From assembly GCA_963732385.1 (NCBI GenBank), contig CAVSZB010000007.1, positions 928,001 to 992,000 on the forward strand: 64,000 nt of DNA. Direction: 5' to 3'. Made by a program: the position numbers and the translations under genes. The notes beneath the pieces are model-generated. The model was not told where the DNA came from. It ran no database searches and was given only the letters and a program-made list of their open reading frames with translations. Positions 1 through 9,037 of this stretch are shown here, in pieces (the stretch's first letter is position 1; each line of letters opens with the position of its first letter). Origin of the DNA: an uncultured bacterium. GTDB lineage: Bacteria; Krumholzibacteriota; Krumholzibacteriia; LZORAL124-64-63.

Positions 1-20
1 CGAGACTACGGGACTGGAGG

Positions 21-54
21 GAGGGGGCGCTGCCGGCCACGGCGGCGCCCCCTC
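21..54. terminator. 15-bp GC-rich hairpin just downstream of the stop of the minus-strand OMP gene
   Basis: gagggggcgctgccg-gcca-cggcggcgccccctc, with one G-T position in the stem; no clear U-tract. Confidence 0.5.
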
Positions 55-59
55 TTGGC

Positions 60-866
60 TCAGCGCAGCACGCCGAACGAGACGCCAATGCGATACGGCC
101 CCATGACGTGGTTGCCGCCGACGTTGTCCCAGGTCCAGCCTTCGTGGAACAGGTTATCGATGAGCGGATTGGCCACCGGCGAGGCGAAGTCGCCGAACAC
201 GGTGATCATCGAGCCCTGCCCGACGAAGATGTCCACACCGAGCAGGAAGGTGGCGCCGGACGCCAGGCCGGTGTCGCTGCCCCAGGAACTGGCCCGGTCC
301 ACCGTGGCGTAGTCGACCGTCCATCTGTAGATGCCGAAACCGGCCCCGACCCACGGGCGGAAGCCGTTCTTCTGGAAGTCGTACTTGGCGCCCAGCCGCA
401 TCCCGGTCGTGTCCATGTAGAAGTAGGCATCGTCCGTGAACGGCCCGACGATGTGCGATTCGTAATCGGTCATCTCGTACACCCAGAAACTGGTGCTGTA
501 CTCGTCCTTGACCGCCACCTGCTTGCGGTACGTCGAGTAATTCCCGTCGAAGAACAGCCGCATGGCCGGGCTGACCCGGTAGTCGATCGACAAGCCGAAT
601 CCGTAGGGGCGCTCGATCGGGTTCATGTCGCCGTAGTCGTCGCCGTTCTGAGGCAACAGTGCGGTCGTGAGCCTGCCGCTCATGCCGAAGCCGCCGAAAC
701 TCAGACCCCACTTGGGGGGGGTGGGCGCGGTCTCCACTTCGTTGGCCAAGGGCTGCGGGTTTTCCTGCGCCCAGGGCACCCCGCAGGCCGCCAGGATGAA
801 GACGCTCACCAGCACAAACGTGCGCCAGGGCCGGGCGCAGACCGCGGACAGATTGGGCGAACTCAT
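60..866 (-). CDS. Outer-membrane beta-barrel protein (OmpW/OmpA-TM-like)
   Basis: N-terminal signal peptide; alternating beta-strands (PYGFGLSIDY, FRPWVGAGFGIY, terminal YRIGVSFG). Confidence 0.7.
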   Translation of the reverse strand: MSSPNLSAVCARPWRTFVLVSVFILAACGVPWAQENPQPLANEVETAPTPPKWGLSFGGFGMSGRLTTALLPQNGDDYGDMNPIERPYGFGLSIDYRVSPAMRLFFDGNYSTYRKQVAVKDEYSTSFWVYEMTDYESHIVGPFTDDAYFYMDTTGMRLGAKYDFQKNGFRPWVGAGFGIYRWTVDYATVDRASSWGSDTGLASGATFLLGVDIFVGQGSMITVFGDFASPVANPLIDNLFHEGWTWDNVGGNHVMGPYRIGVSFGVLR

Positions 867-1191
867 GGTGTCACCTTTCCGGACTGAAGTGGTCTGACGC
901 AGGAAAGATCGAGGGGCTCTCTGCTACTCGGTTTCGGCGGGACGCGCCCCGCGTGGGCACCTAGTGACCTGATCACAACGGAGACACATCACACCGTTAT
1001 CGGTGCGCGGCGCAGCCGACCTGAGCCGAAGGTGACGGGAATGAGGAGGTTGCGCAGCGGATTTCGACTCGCCGCCCTGCGCCGGCACGGTGGACCGCCC
1101 ATCGGGCGGGTGGTAGATTGACGAGCGGGACAGGCGCCGGTCCGCCGCCGCGGCAGGCCGCCACCGGCCGGCCCCCATCCCGGAGTCGACC

Positions 1192-2478
1192 ATGCCCTCC
1201 GCTCCGCTCTCCCGCCGCTGTTTCCTGAAAGCCGTCGCCGGCTGCGGCTTCGCCCTTGCCGCCTCACGCCTGCTGCCGGTCGCCGGGCCCATGCCCTGCG
1301 GGCGCCGCCTGGCCGGTGTGCCGGGCCTGCCGCCGCCGGCGCGCGCGGCCGGCGGCCCAGCCGACCCGTGGCGCCACGCTCCGGTCGCCCGCTGGTGGGC
1401 CGCCACGACGCAGGCCGGCGTCGCCTGCGCGACCTGTCACACGCCGTCCGAACTGCCCGAACCGTTTGGACCTTCCGCCGCGCCCGACCCGCACCGTCAC
1501 CAAGCTGAGCTCGTGAAGTGCCTGCTCTGCGCGCGCGGCTGCGCGCTGAAGGAAGGCGAGCGCGGCGAGTGCGGCGCCCGCCTGGTGCGCAGCGGCCGCC
1601 TGCTGAGCCTTACCTACGGCCGTCCGGTCGCCGTCCACGTCGATCCGATCGAGAAGAAACCGTTCTACCACTTCCTGCCCGGCGCGCTGGCGTACTCGTT
1701 CGGAACGGCGGGGTGCCCCCTGCACTGCGACTTCTGCCAGAACTGGGAATTGTCCCAGTCGCGACCCGAGGACTTTCCGGGCCCGTTCGTGCCGCCGGCG
1801 GAGCTGATCACGAGGGCCCGCCGGACGGAGGCGCCGATCATCGCCTTCACCTACGACGAACCGACCGTGTTCGCGGAGTACCTCATCGACGTGGCGCGCG
1901 CCGCGCGGCAGGCGGGACTGCGTCCGGTGCTGGTCAGCTGCGGCATCATGAACGAGGCGCCGCTGGCCGAGATGTGCGACGTCCTCGACGCGATCAAGAT
2001 CGACCTCAAAGGCTTCAGCGAGGAATTCTACCGCAAGGTATCGCACGCGGAACTCGCGCCGGTGTTGCGCAGCATCCGCCAGGTGGCGCAGCGCGGCGTG
2101 CACCTGGAGATCGTCAATCTCGTCGTGCCCACGCTCAACGACTCCGAGACGATGCTGCAGGGTCTCGCCGGCTGGCTCCTCGACGCCGTCGGGCCGGACG
2201 TACCGGTGCACTTCACGCGTTTCCACCCCGACTACCGGCTGCAGAACCTGCCGCCGACGCCGGTCGAGACGCTCGAGCGGGCGCGCGCGATCGCGCTGGC
2301 GAAGGGGCTGCGCTACGTCTACGTCGGCAACGTCCCGGGCCATCCCGGCAACGACACCGGCTGTCCGCGCTGCGGTGCGCTCGTCATCCGGCGCTCCGGT
2401 TTCCTGATCGAGGAGATGCACGTGAAGGACGGCAAATGCGCGCGCTGCGGCGCGCCGATCGCGGGGGTGTGGTCATGA
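1192..2478 (+). CDS. amrS: AmmeMemoRadiSam system radical SAM enzyme with Tat-like leader
   Basis: VDPIEKKPFYHF, GCPLHCDFCQNW (CxxxCxxC), FTYDEP, RFHPDY, YVYVGNVPG, C-terminal CPRCG..CARCG; SRRCFLK twin-arginine motif; GGAG SD. Confidence 0.92.
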   Translation: MPSAPLSRRCFLKAVAGCGFALAASRLLPVAGPMPCGRRLAGVPGLPPPARAAGGPADPWRHAPVARWWAATTQAGVACATCHTPSELPEPFGPSAAPDPHRHQAELVKCLLCARGCALKEGERGECGARLVRSGRLLSLTYGRPVAVHVDPIEKKPFYHFLPGALAYSFGTAGCPLHCDFCQNWELSQSRPEDFPGPFVPPAELITRARRTEAPIIAFTYDEPTVFAEYLIDVARAARQAGLRPVLVSCGIMNEAPLAEMCDVLDAIKIDLKGFSEEFYRKVSHAELAPVLRSIRQVAQRGVHLEIVNLVVPTLNDSETMLQGLAGWLLDAVGPDVPVHFTRFHPDYRLQNLPPTPVETLERARAIALAKGLRYVYVGNVPGHPGNDTGCPRCGALVIRRSGFLIEEMHVKDGKCARCGAPIAGVWS

Positions 2479-4031
2479 GGAGGAGCGCGCGTGGCGCGGC
2501 ACGGGCGATGATCCTGATGCTCGGCGCGGCGACGGTCGCGGCAGCGCTGGGCGCGGCCGCCTCGCCCGGCGGTCCGCAGCGGCCGCCGGCGGTGGCGGGC
2601 GGCTTCTACCCCGCCGACCGGTCGGAGCTGGCGGCGCAGGTGCGGGGGTTCCTGGCCCGGGCGCACGCGCCGATCGGCGGGCGTCCGGTGGCGATCGTGG
2701 CGCCGCACGCCGGCTACGTCTACTGCGGGCGCGTGCTCGGCGAGGCGTGGCGACAGGCGTCCGGGCAGGACTACGATCTCATCGTGATCCTCGGCGCGAA
2801 CCACCGTGTGGCCGGGCTGGATGCGTCGATCGTCTGGCCCGACGGCGCCTGGCGCACGCCGCTCGGCACGGTCTCCGTGGATGCGGCCGCGGCGCGCGCG
2901 CTGCTGGCGGCCGCCCCTGAATTGCGCGCGGCCACGGCGCCGCACGCCGACGAACATTCGCTCGAGGTGCAGGTGCCGTTCGCGCAGACCGTGTTTCCGC
3001 GCCTGCCGATCCTGCCGGTCCTGGTCGCGACCCAGGACCCGGGCCGCTGCGACCGGCTCGGTCGCGCGCTGGCCGCCGCGCTGCGCGATCGCCGCCCGCT
3101 GATCGTGGCCAGCAGCGACCTTTCGCATTACCCCGCCGCGCCCGCGGCGGAGCGTATCGATCGCGCCACGCTGGCGGCGATCGCCCGGTGCGATCCGGCG
3201 GCGCTGACACGGGCGATCGACACCGCGATGCGCAGCGATGTGCCTGGGTTGGCCACCTGCGCCTGCGGCGAAGCGCCGATCCGCGTCGCCCTGGCCGCTG
3301 CCGCGGCGCTTGGCGCGACGCGCGGCGTGGTCATCGACTACGCGAATTCGGCGCAGGCGCCGGCCGGCGACCCCCTGCGCGTCGTCGGGTACGGCGCGGT
3401 CGCCTTCTTCACCGGGCCGCCGCCCGCGCCAGGCACCGCGCCAGCTTCCGCGCCAGCTTCCGCGCCCGGCGCCGCGCGGTCTCTGTCGGCGGCCGATCGC
3501 GCCCTGCTCCTGCGTCTGGCGCGCGACACGATCCGCCGCCACTTCGACGGCGGCGGCGACCTCTCCGCTCCGGAGTGCGCCACAGCGGCCCTCGCCGAGT
3601 CGCGCGGCGCCTTCGTCACCCTCAAACGGGACGGCGCGCTGCGCGGCTGCATCGGACACCTCGGGCAGGACCTGCCGCTGTGCGAAGTGGTGCGGCAGAT
3701 GGCCGCGGCGGCCGCGTTCCAGGACTCGCGCTTCCCGCCCCTGACGCGCGGCGAACTCGACGGGGTGACCATCGAGATCTCCGCGCTCACCCGACCCCTC
3801 GCGATCGACAACGTCGCGGCGATCGCCATCGGCCGCGACGGCGTGATCCTGCGCAAGGGGCGACGCTCGGCGGTCTTTTTGCCGCAGGTCGCGGTCGAAC
3901 AGCGCTGGGACCGCGACACCCTGCTGACTCAGCTCGCGCTGAAGGCGGGACTGCCGGGCGACGCCTGGCGCGAAGGGGCGCAGTTCCAGACCTTCCAGGC
4001 CGAGGTGTTCGGCGAGACGGATCACCACTAA
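2475..4031 (+). CDS. amrB: AmmeMemoRadiSam protein B (Memo-like) fused to protein A (AMMECR1 domain)
   Basis: ATGA overlap with the amrS stop; RPPAVAGGFYP, APHAGYVYCG, EHSLEVQVPF, SSDLSHY, then GAFVTL..LRGCIG, DSRFPP, FLPQVA. Confidence 0.9.
   Translation: MRRSARGAARAMILMLGAATVAAALGAAASPGGPQRPPAVAGGFYPADRSELAAQVRGFLARAHAPIGGRPVAIVAPHAGYVYCGRVLGEAWRQASGQDYDLIVILGANHRVAGLDASIVWPDGAWRTPLGTVSVDAAAARALLAAAPELRAATAPHADEHSLEVQVPFAQTVFPRLPILPVLVATQDPGRCDRLGRALAAALRDRRPLIVASSDLSHYPAAPAAERIDRATLAAIARCDPAALTRAIDTAMRSDVPGLATCACGEAPIRVALAAAAALGATRGVVIDYANSAQAPAGDPLRVVGYGAVAFFTGPPPAPGTAPASAPASAPGAARSLSAADRALLLRLARDTIRRHFDGGGDLSAPECATAALAESRGAFVTLKRDGALRGCIGHLGQDLPLCEVVRQMAAAAAFQDSRFPPLTRGELDGVTIEISALTRPLAIDNVAAIAIGRDGVILRKGRRSAVFLPQVAVEQRWDRDTLLTQLALKAGLPGDAWREGAQFQTFQAEVFGETDHH
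3426..3477 (+). repeat. Imperfect 12-bp tandem repeat encoding the APGT-APAS-APAS-APGA interdomain linker
   Basis: gcgccaggcacc gcgccagcttcc gcgccagcttcc gcgcccggcgcc. Confidence 0.7.
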
Positions 4032-4034
4032 GCC

Positions 4035-6170
4035 ATGGGCGCACAACTGGTCGCGCTCGGTTTCCTCGCGCTGCTCGGGCAGGTCGTGCTGCTGCGCGAG
4101 GCGACGGTGGCGGCGTTCGGCAGCGAACTGGCGGTGGTGCTCGCGCTGGGGCTGTGGCTGCTCGGCGCCGCGGCCGGGGCTGCCGCCGGCGCGCGGCAGG
4201 CGAAACCGTCGCCGGCGCGCGTGGCCCGGCTGTTCGCCCTGGCCGGCGCGCTGGTCCCGTTCGCCCTCATCTGGTCGCGCGCGGCGCGGCCGCTGCTGGG
4301 CGGGGTGCGCGGCGGCGACCTCCCCTTCCCCCTGCAACTGGCGGCGATGGCGGTGACGCTCGTACCGGCGGCCGCGGCGGGCGGAGCCCTCTTCCCCGCG
4401 CTCGCCCGGCTCGCCGCCGCCCGCGGCCGCAGCGTCGCCAGCGCTTACGCCCTCGAGAGTGCCGGCGCGCTGCTGGGCGGGCTCGCCGCGGCGGCCGCGG
4501 CGCGTCTGGGGGTGCCGGGCCTGCTGCTCGCCCTCGCCTGCGCGGCTTTCGCCCCGCTCGCGCTGCTCGCCCGCGGCCGGCGGGCGGCGGCGGCCGGTTC
4601 AGCCGCGCTGCTCGCGCTGCTCGCCGCTCTCGCGCCGCGCCTCGACCTGGCCACCACCGGCTGGACCCACCCCGGCCTGGTCGAGACCCGCGACACCCCC
4701 TACGGCCGCCTCGCCCTCGAGGCGCACGCCGGACAGATCTCCGTCTTCGTCAACGACGCGCTCGCCTACGAGACGCAGGGCCAGTCGTCCGCCGAGTTCG
4801 CCTCGCTCGCGGCGCTGCAGACGGCCGATCCGCGCCGCGTCCTCGTGCTCGGCGGCGGCGCCTGCGGTCTGGTGCAGGAACTGCTGCGCCACGGCCCGCG
4901 CGAGGTGACCGCGGTCGACCTCGATCCCGCCCTGCAGCGCGCCCTCGCCCCCCGCCTCACGGCCGACCTGCGCGCCGCCCTGGCCGACCCGCGCGTGCGG
5001 ACCATCGCGGCCGACCCCCGCGCCTGGCTCGCGCGCGACATCGGCTTCTGGGACCTCATCCTGATCGGCCTGCCCGAGCCGGCCTCCGGCGCCACGAACC
5101 GTTTCTACACGCAGGAATTCTTCATGCTCTGCGCCGGACACCTGGCCCCCGGCGGCACCCTGGCGCTGCGCCTGCCGGCCGCGGAGAATCTCTGGGCCCC
5201 CGCCCAGGTGCGCCGCACCGCGAGCGTGGTCGCCGCGCTGCGCGCCGCCGGCACGGACGCGCTCGTGCTGCCCGGCGCCGCCGGCATCATCGTCGCGGCG
5301 AAGGGAACGCTGACGCGCGACCCCGCGCCGCTCTCCGCGCGCCTGATCGCGCGCGGCGCGTCCGGACCCCTCGTCACCCCGGCCTACCTGCGCTACCTCT
5401 TCACGAACGACCGCCTCGCCGGCGTCGCCGCGGCGCTGGCCACCGTCGACGCCCCCCCCAACCGCGACGCCCGCCCGGTCTGCTACCCCTACACGCTGGC
5501 CCTCTGGCTGGCGAAGTTCTACCCCGCGCTCGCGCGCCTCGACCCGCTCTCCGCCGCACGCCCGCTGCACTCCCTGTGGCCCGCCGCCGCGGCCGTCCTG
5601 GTGGCGCTGGTGTTCGTGACTCGCCGCCTGCGTCAACGCACGCTGCTCGCCGTCGCCGCCGCCGGGGCTGCCGGCATGCTGATCGAAGCGCTGGCCCTGC
5701 TCGCCTTCCAGACCCGCCACGGCGCCCTCTACCGCGACCTCGGCCTCCTGCTCGCCGCCTTCATGGCCGGCCTCGCCGTCGGCGCGCTGGTCATCGACCG
5801 CCTGCCGTTGGCCCCCGCGGGCAGCCGGCGCACAGCCGCCGCGCACGTGCGCGCCGCCGCTTTACCCGCCGTGCTCGCGCTCCTGGCCACCCTGCTCGCC
5901 CTGCGCCTGCGCGCCGGCGCGGCGCCCGGCCTGCCCGAGGCCTCGCTCTGGCTGGCGTCCGCAGGCGCGCTGACCGCCGCCGTCTTCGCCCTCGCCGCCC
6001 GCCGCCTGGAGTCGCCGGCCCGCGCGGCCGGCCCCCTCTACGCCGCGGACCTGATCGGCGGCTGCCTCGGCTCGCTCGCCGGCAGCCTGATCCTCGTGCC
6101 GCTCGCCGGCCTGCCGGCCACGGCAATGGCCGCGGCCGTCCTCGCGTTGATGGCTGCGGCATGGAGTTGA
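4035..6170 (+). CDS. Multi-pass membrane protein with a central spermidine-synthase-like SAM-binding domain
   Basis: N-terminal TM block with QVVLLRE and AYALESAGA; DTPYGRL, RVLVLGGG, VDLDP, NRFYTQEFF; C-terminal TM block with LYAADLIGG. Confidence 0.8.
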   Translation: MGAQLVALGFLALLGQVVLLREATVAAFGSELAVVLALGLWLLGAAAGAAAGARQAKPSPARVARLFALAGALVPFALIWSRAARPLLGGVRGGDLPFPLQLAAMAVTLVPAAAAGGALFPALARLAAARGRSVASAYALESAGALLGGLAAAAAARLGVPGLLLALACAAFAPLALLARGRRAAAAGSAALLALLAALAPRLDLATTGWTHPGLVETRDTPYGRLALEAHAGQISVFVNDALAYETQGQSSAEFASLAALQTADPRRVLVLGGGACGLVQELLRHGPREVTAVDLDPALQRALAPRLTADLRAALADPRVRTIAADPRAWLARDIGFWDLILIGLPEPASGATNRFYTQEFFMLCAGHLAPGGTLALRLPAAENLWAPAQVRRTASVVAALRAAGTDALVLPGAAGIIVAAKGTLTRDPAPLSARLIARGASGPLVTPAYLRYLFTNDRLAGVAAALATVDAPPNRDARPVCYPYTLALWLAKFYPALARLDPLSAARPLHSLWPAAAAVLVALVFVTRRLRQRTLLAVAAAGAAGMLIEALALLAFQTRHGALYRDLGLLLAAFMAGLAVGALVIDRLPLAPAGSRRTAAAHVRAAALPAVLALLATLLALRLRAGAAPGLPEASLWLASAGALTAAVFALAARRLESPARAAGPLYAADLIGGCLGSLAGSLILVPLAGLPATAMAAAVLALMAAAWS

Positions 6171-6199
6171 TCGGCGCCCGCCGCACCCTCACGCAGAGA

Positions 6200-6226
6200 G
6201 GCCCCGACCGCACGGCGGTCGGGGCC
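6200..6226. terminator. 12-bp hairpin between convergent genes
   Basis: ggccccgaccgc-acg-gcggtcggggcc. Confidence 0.55.
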
Positions 6227-6268
6227 AGAGCACCCAAGTCGGGCTATTGACGCCCGACCTCGCGCCGG

Positions 6269-6541
6269 TCAGGCCTTGACGTCGAGGACGGACTCGTCCG
6301 TGGCGCCGGGATGCTTCAGGTCGTAGGCGAGCTCCTCGAGCGCGCTCACCACTCCATCCTTGTTCGCATCCTTCTTGTCATAGCTCGTGCTCTCCGTCGT
6401 CGACCCGCTGCCGCCGGCCGCCGTCGCCTTGCCGGCCCCGCCCGCCGCCTGGCCTGCCCCGGCGCCCGACTTCGCCCCGGCAAGCTGCGCCGCCTGCACC
6501 AGGATCGACATGTGCGACCCGCTCGTTCCGGAAACTTCCAT
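6269..6541 (-). CDS. Small Gly/Ala-rich protein with a single EF-hand-like loop
   Basis: DANKDGVVSALEE fits the DxNxDGx[IV]SxxE loop; GGAGG SD upstream. Confidence 0.7.
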   Translation of the reverse strand: MEVSGTSGSHMSILVQAAQLAGAKSGAGAGQAAGGAGKATAAGGSGSTTESTSYDKKDANKDGVVSALEELAYDLKHPGATDESVLDVKA

Positions 6542-6680
6542 GCCCTCGCCTCCCTGTGACTGCGCCTGCCCTCATTACAGGAGCCATCGGCACGGAGGCA
6601 CGAGTTCGTAAGTAACAGATTGTAAACATATTGCGAAGGCTCCGGCGGGCGGCGGCCAGAGCACCTCGACATGCCCGCGG

Positions 6681-7649
6681 TCACTGCGCGATCACGCTCG
6701 CATAATCCGTGACCGTTACCCCGCCCGGCTCTCCGAGGAACTCGTCCACCCCCACGACCCGACGCTCCCGGCCCGCGATCGGTCCGAATTCCGGCGCAAA
6801 GAGCGTCGAACCGTAAAGGCACGGGCGGAACTCGCCGATGGTCCCGCCGCCTTCGTCGGTAAGCTGCACCAGACCCAGATCGATGGCATACATGCACTCG
6901 AGGACGTTGGGCCAGGCGACGCCACCTACGAACCTGTCGCCGATCGACCAGATCTGGCCGTACAGCCAGATGTCGTCCGTGAGGTCGGGAAGGAGTTGCA
7001 GGGAAAACCGGGATCCGACGGCAAGGTCACCTTCGAGATACACCCAGCTGTGAGAGGTGTTGAGGTCTCCGTATCCATAGTACCCGCTGTCCTCGCTGGC
7101 GAACGCATAGCCGCCCAGGAAATACGGGAGATCGACCCCGTCGAGACTCTTGAGAGCGTCCGCGTTGGCGCCGAGTCGGGCGAGGATCCGCGGCCGCAGA
7201 TCCGGCCGGACCCGCGCGATCAGCTGCAACAGCCGGCGTTCGCCGTCTGAGGCGCCAACGGTCCCGGTGCCGCTCTTTTCGGCCTCGTTGTACAGGGTGC
7301 CGACGATGTTCTGCGCCAGGACGCCGGAATCGGTGGTCACGATGCCGTCGAACCGCAGGCGATACAGGCCCAGGCCTTCGTTGATGACGACGCCGGTAAC
7401 CGGCACGTCCAACGCGTCGTGCAGCTCCTGCAGCGAAGGCAGGGGCGGCGCGGAGTCGGTCACGGCGGGACCTTCGTACTCCCCGTAAGCGAAGTCGTAG
7501 ATCCAGCCGGTGCCGTCGGCATGGGGCCACAGGTTCGCCATCGTCGGCTCGGGATCCGACCCGCCGTCGGGACAATCGATGCAGTTGTCGTCATTACAGC
7601 CGAGAAGAGCCACCAGGAGCAGGCACGACAGAATCAGGCGTTTCCACAT
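6681..7649 (-). CDS. Hypothetical lipoprotein
   Basis: MWKRLILSCLLLVALLG-C lipobox; GGAGG SD; own sigma70-like promoter. Confidence 0.8.
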   Translation of the reverse strand: MWKRLILSCLLLVALLGCNDDNCIDCPDGGSDPEPTMANLWPHADGTGWIYDFAYGEYEGPAVTDSAPPLPSLQELHDALDVPVTGVVINEGLGLYRLRFDGIVTTDSGVLAQNIVGTLYNEAEKSGTGTVGASDGERRLLQLIARVRPDLRPRILARLGANADALKSLDGVDLPYFLGGYAFASEDSGYYGYGDLNTSHSWVYLEGDLAVGSRFSLQLLPDLTDDIWLYGQIWSIGDRFVGGVAWPNVLECMYAIDLGLVQLTDEGGGTIGEFRPCLYGSTLFAPEFGPIAGRERRVVGVDEFLGEPGGVTVTDYASVIAQ

Positions 7650-7682
7650 GAGGAACCTCCTGCGGGTCTGGGAGAGGCCTCG

Positions 7683-7711
7683 AGCCTAGCCACCCACAAT
7701 CACGCTGTCAA
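7683..7711 (-). promoter_or_regulatory. sigma70-type promoter of the lipoprotein gene
   Basis: TTGACA-N17-TAGGCT on the minus strand. Confidence 0.65.
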
Positions 7712-8094
7712 CGATCTCGCAACCGACAGGGCCTCCAGCGCAATCCGGGCAAAGCCCACTTAGACCCACGCGCGGCGCCGGAAACATCTCGAACAGCGCC
7801 CCGCCTGATCATCCCGATCAGGTCATTTCTACCGTTGAATCGCTCCGCACGCCGACTTATACTCAAATCAGACGAGCCCCACGATCGCCGATCATTCGGC
7901 AAGACCGGTCCCCACAGGGGCGGACCGGATTAGTTGGCAGGGGCAGGCGCTCCCCTGCCAGAACCGACACTCCCGGCCATTTGTTACCTCGCCGTTACCC
8001 CAATCCTGCCGGCAAAGCCAAGGCCCGGCAACGGGGACAACCTTATTCAGACTTGGTAATGGCTTGGTAACGGGACGGGGGCGATCGTGTAAGT

Positions 8095-8170
8095 TGGTGC
8101 GCCGCCGGGGACTCGAACCCCAAACCTACTGATTAAGAGTCAGTTGCTCTACCAGTTGAGCTAGCGGCGC
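8095..8170 (-). tRNA. tRNA-Lys(CTT)
   Basis: GCGCCGCTAGCTCAACTGGTAGAGCAACTGACT-CTT-AATCAGTAGG...GTTCGAGTCCCCGGCGGCGCACCA; 76 nt with CCA. Confidence 0.97.
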
Positions 8171-8231
8171 TCCTGAAAGGGGCGGGTGTGGCCGGCGGGG
8201 ATGCGGACTGCCATCCTCGCGGGGACCACGG

Positions 8232-8260
8232 AATTAAGCACGGTGGGGCGGCGTTGTCAA
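8232..8260 (-). promoter_or_regulatory. sigma70-type promoter of tRNA-Lys
   Basis: TTGACA-N17-TTAATT. Confidence 0.55.
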
Positions 8261-8291
8261 GGCGGAGAGTCCCTGGTCCGCGGGAGGCAAA

Positions 8292-8963
8292 ATGGCGGCA
8301 GATGGCGTGACGACGCCCCGGGTTCTGGACCTGGCGGCGCGCAGGCGCCGTGCGAAAAAGGTCGTGCGGGTGCTGCGGAAGGAGTTTCCGGAGGCTGCCT
8401 GCTCGCTGGATCATCAGGACCCGTTCCAGCTGCTGGTGGCGACCATCCTCTCGGCGCAGTGCACGGATGCGCGGGTCAATCTGGTGACGCCGGAGCTGTT
8501 CCGGCGGTTTCCGTCGCCACGCGATTTCGCGGCGGCGCCTCTGGCCAGGATCCAGGAGACGATACGGTCGACCGGGTTCTTCCACAACAAGGCGAAGGCG
8601 TTGCAGGGGTGCGCTCGCGCCTTGATCGAGCGGCATGGCGGGGAGGTGCCGCGCACGATGGACGAGTTACGGGTGCTGCCGGGGGTGGGGCGCAAGACGG
8701 CCAACGTGGTGCTCGGGGACGCATATGGGGCGCCGGAAGGGGTCGTGGTCGACACGCATGTGGGGCGGATCACGCGGAAGCTCGGGCTGACCGGGGAGCA
8801 GGATCCGGAGAAGGTCGAGCGGGATCTCAGCGGCTGTATCCCCCGCGCCGACTGGGTGGCGGTCGGGCATCTGCTGATCGAACATGGGCGACGGACCTGC
8901 CGGGCGCGGGCGCCGCGCTGCGACGGATGTCAGCTTTATGCGGAGTGTGAGACGCGGGGCTGA
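8292..8963 (+). CDS. nth: Endonuclease III
   Basis: LLVATILSAQCTD, HhH LPGVGRKTANVV, VVDTHV, C-terminal CRARAPRCDGCQLYAEC 4Fe-4S motif. Confidence 0.97.
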   Translation: MAADGVTTPRVLDLAARRRRAKKVVRVLRKEFPEAACSLDHQDPFQLLVATILSAQCTDARVNLVTPELFRRFPSPRDFAAAPLARIQETIRSTGFFHNKAKALQGCARALIERHGGEVPRTMDELRVLPGVGRKTANVVLGDAYGAPEGVVVDTHVGRITRKLGLTGEQDPEKVERDLSGCIPRADWVAVGHLLIEHGRRTCRARAPRCDGCQLYAECETRG

Positions 8964-9037
8964 CCGGCGCCGGGGTGAAAAGCGGCGCCGGCCTCGGGGG
9001 AGGCCGGCGCGCGTGCGTGAGGCAGGATCCGCGGCGG

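Noticed and set aside
963..978. CRP/FNR-like site upstream of the first OMP gene (GTGA-N5-TCAC)
   Set aside because: Spacer is 5 nt rather than the canonical 6
1518..2474. N-terminal extension of the 837-aa ORF 1518..4031
   Set aside because: Off-frame shadow of amrS (Arg/Pro/Ala-rich); Memo homology begins only after the ATG at 2475
3188..6250. 1020-aa plus-strand ORF
   Set aside because: Arg-rich frame-shifted shadow of real genes, expected in high-GC DNA
7838..7870. dif-like site (ttatactcaaat)
   Set aside because: Only loose XerD-arm similarity, and no XerC arm at the right spacing
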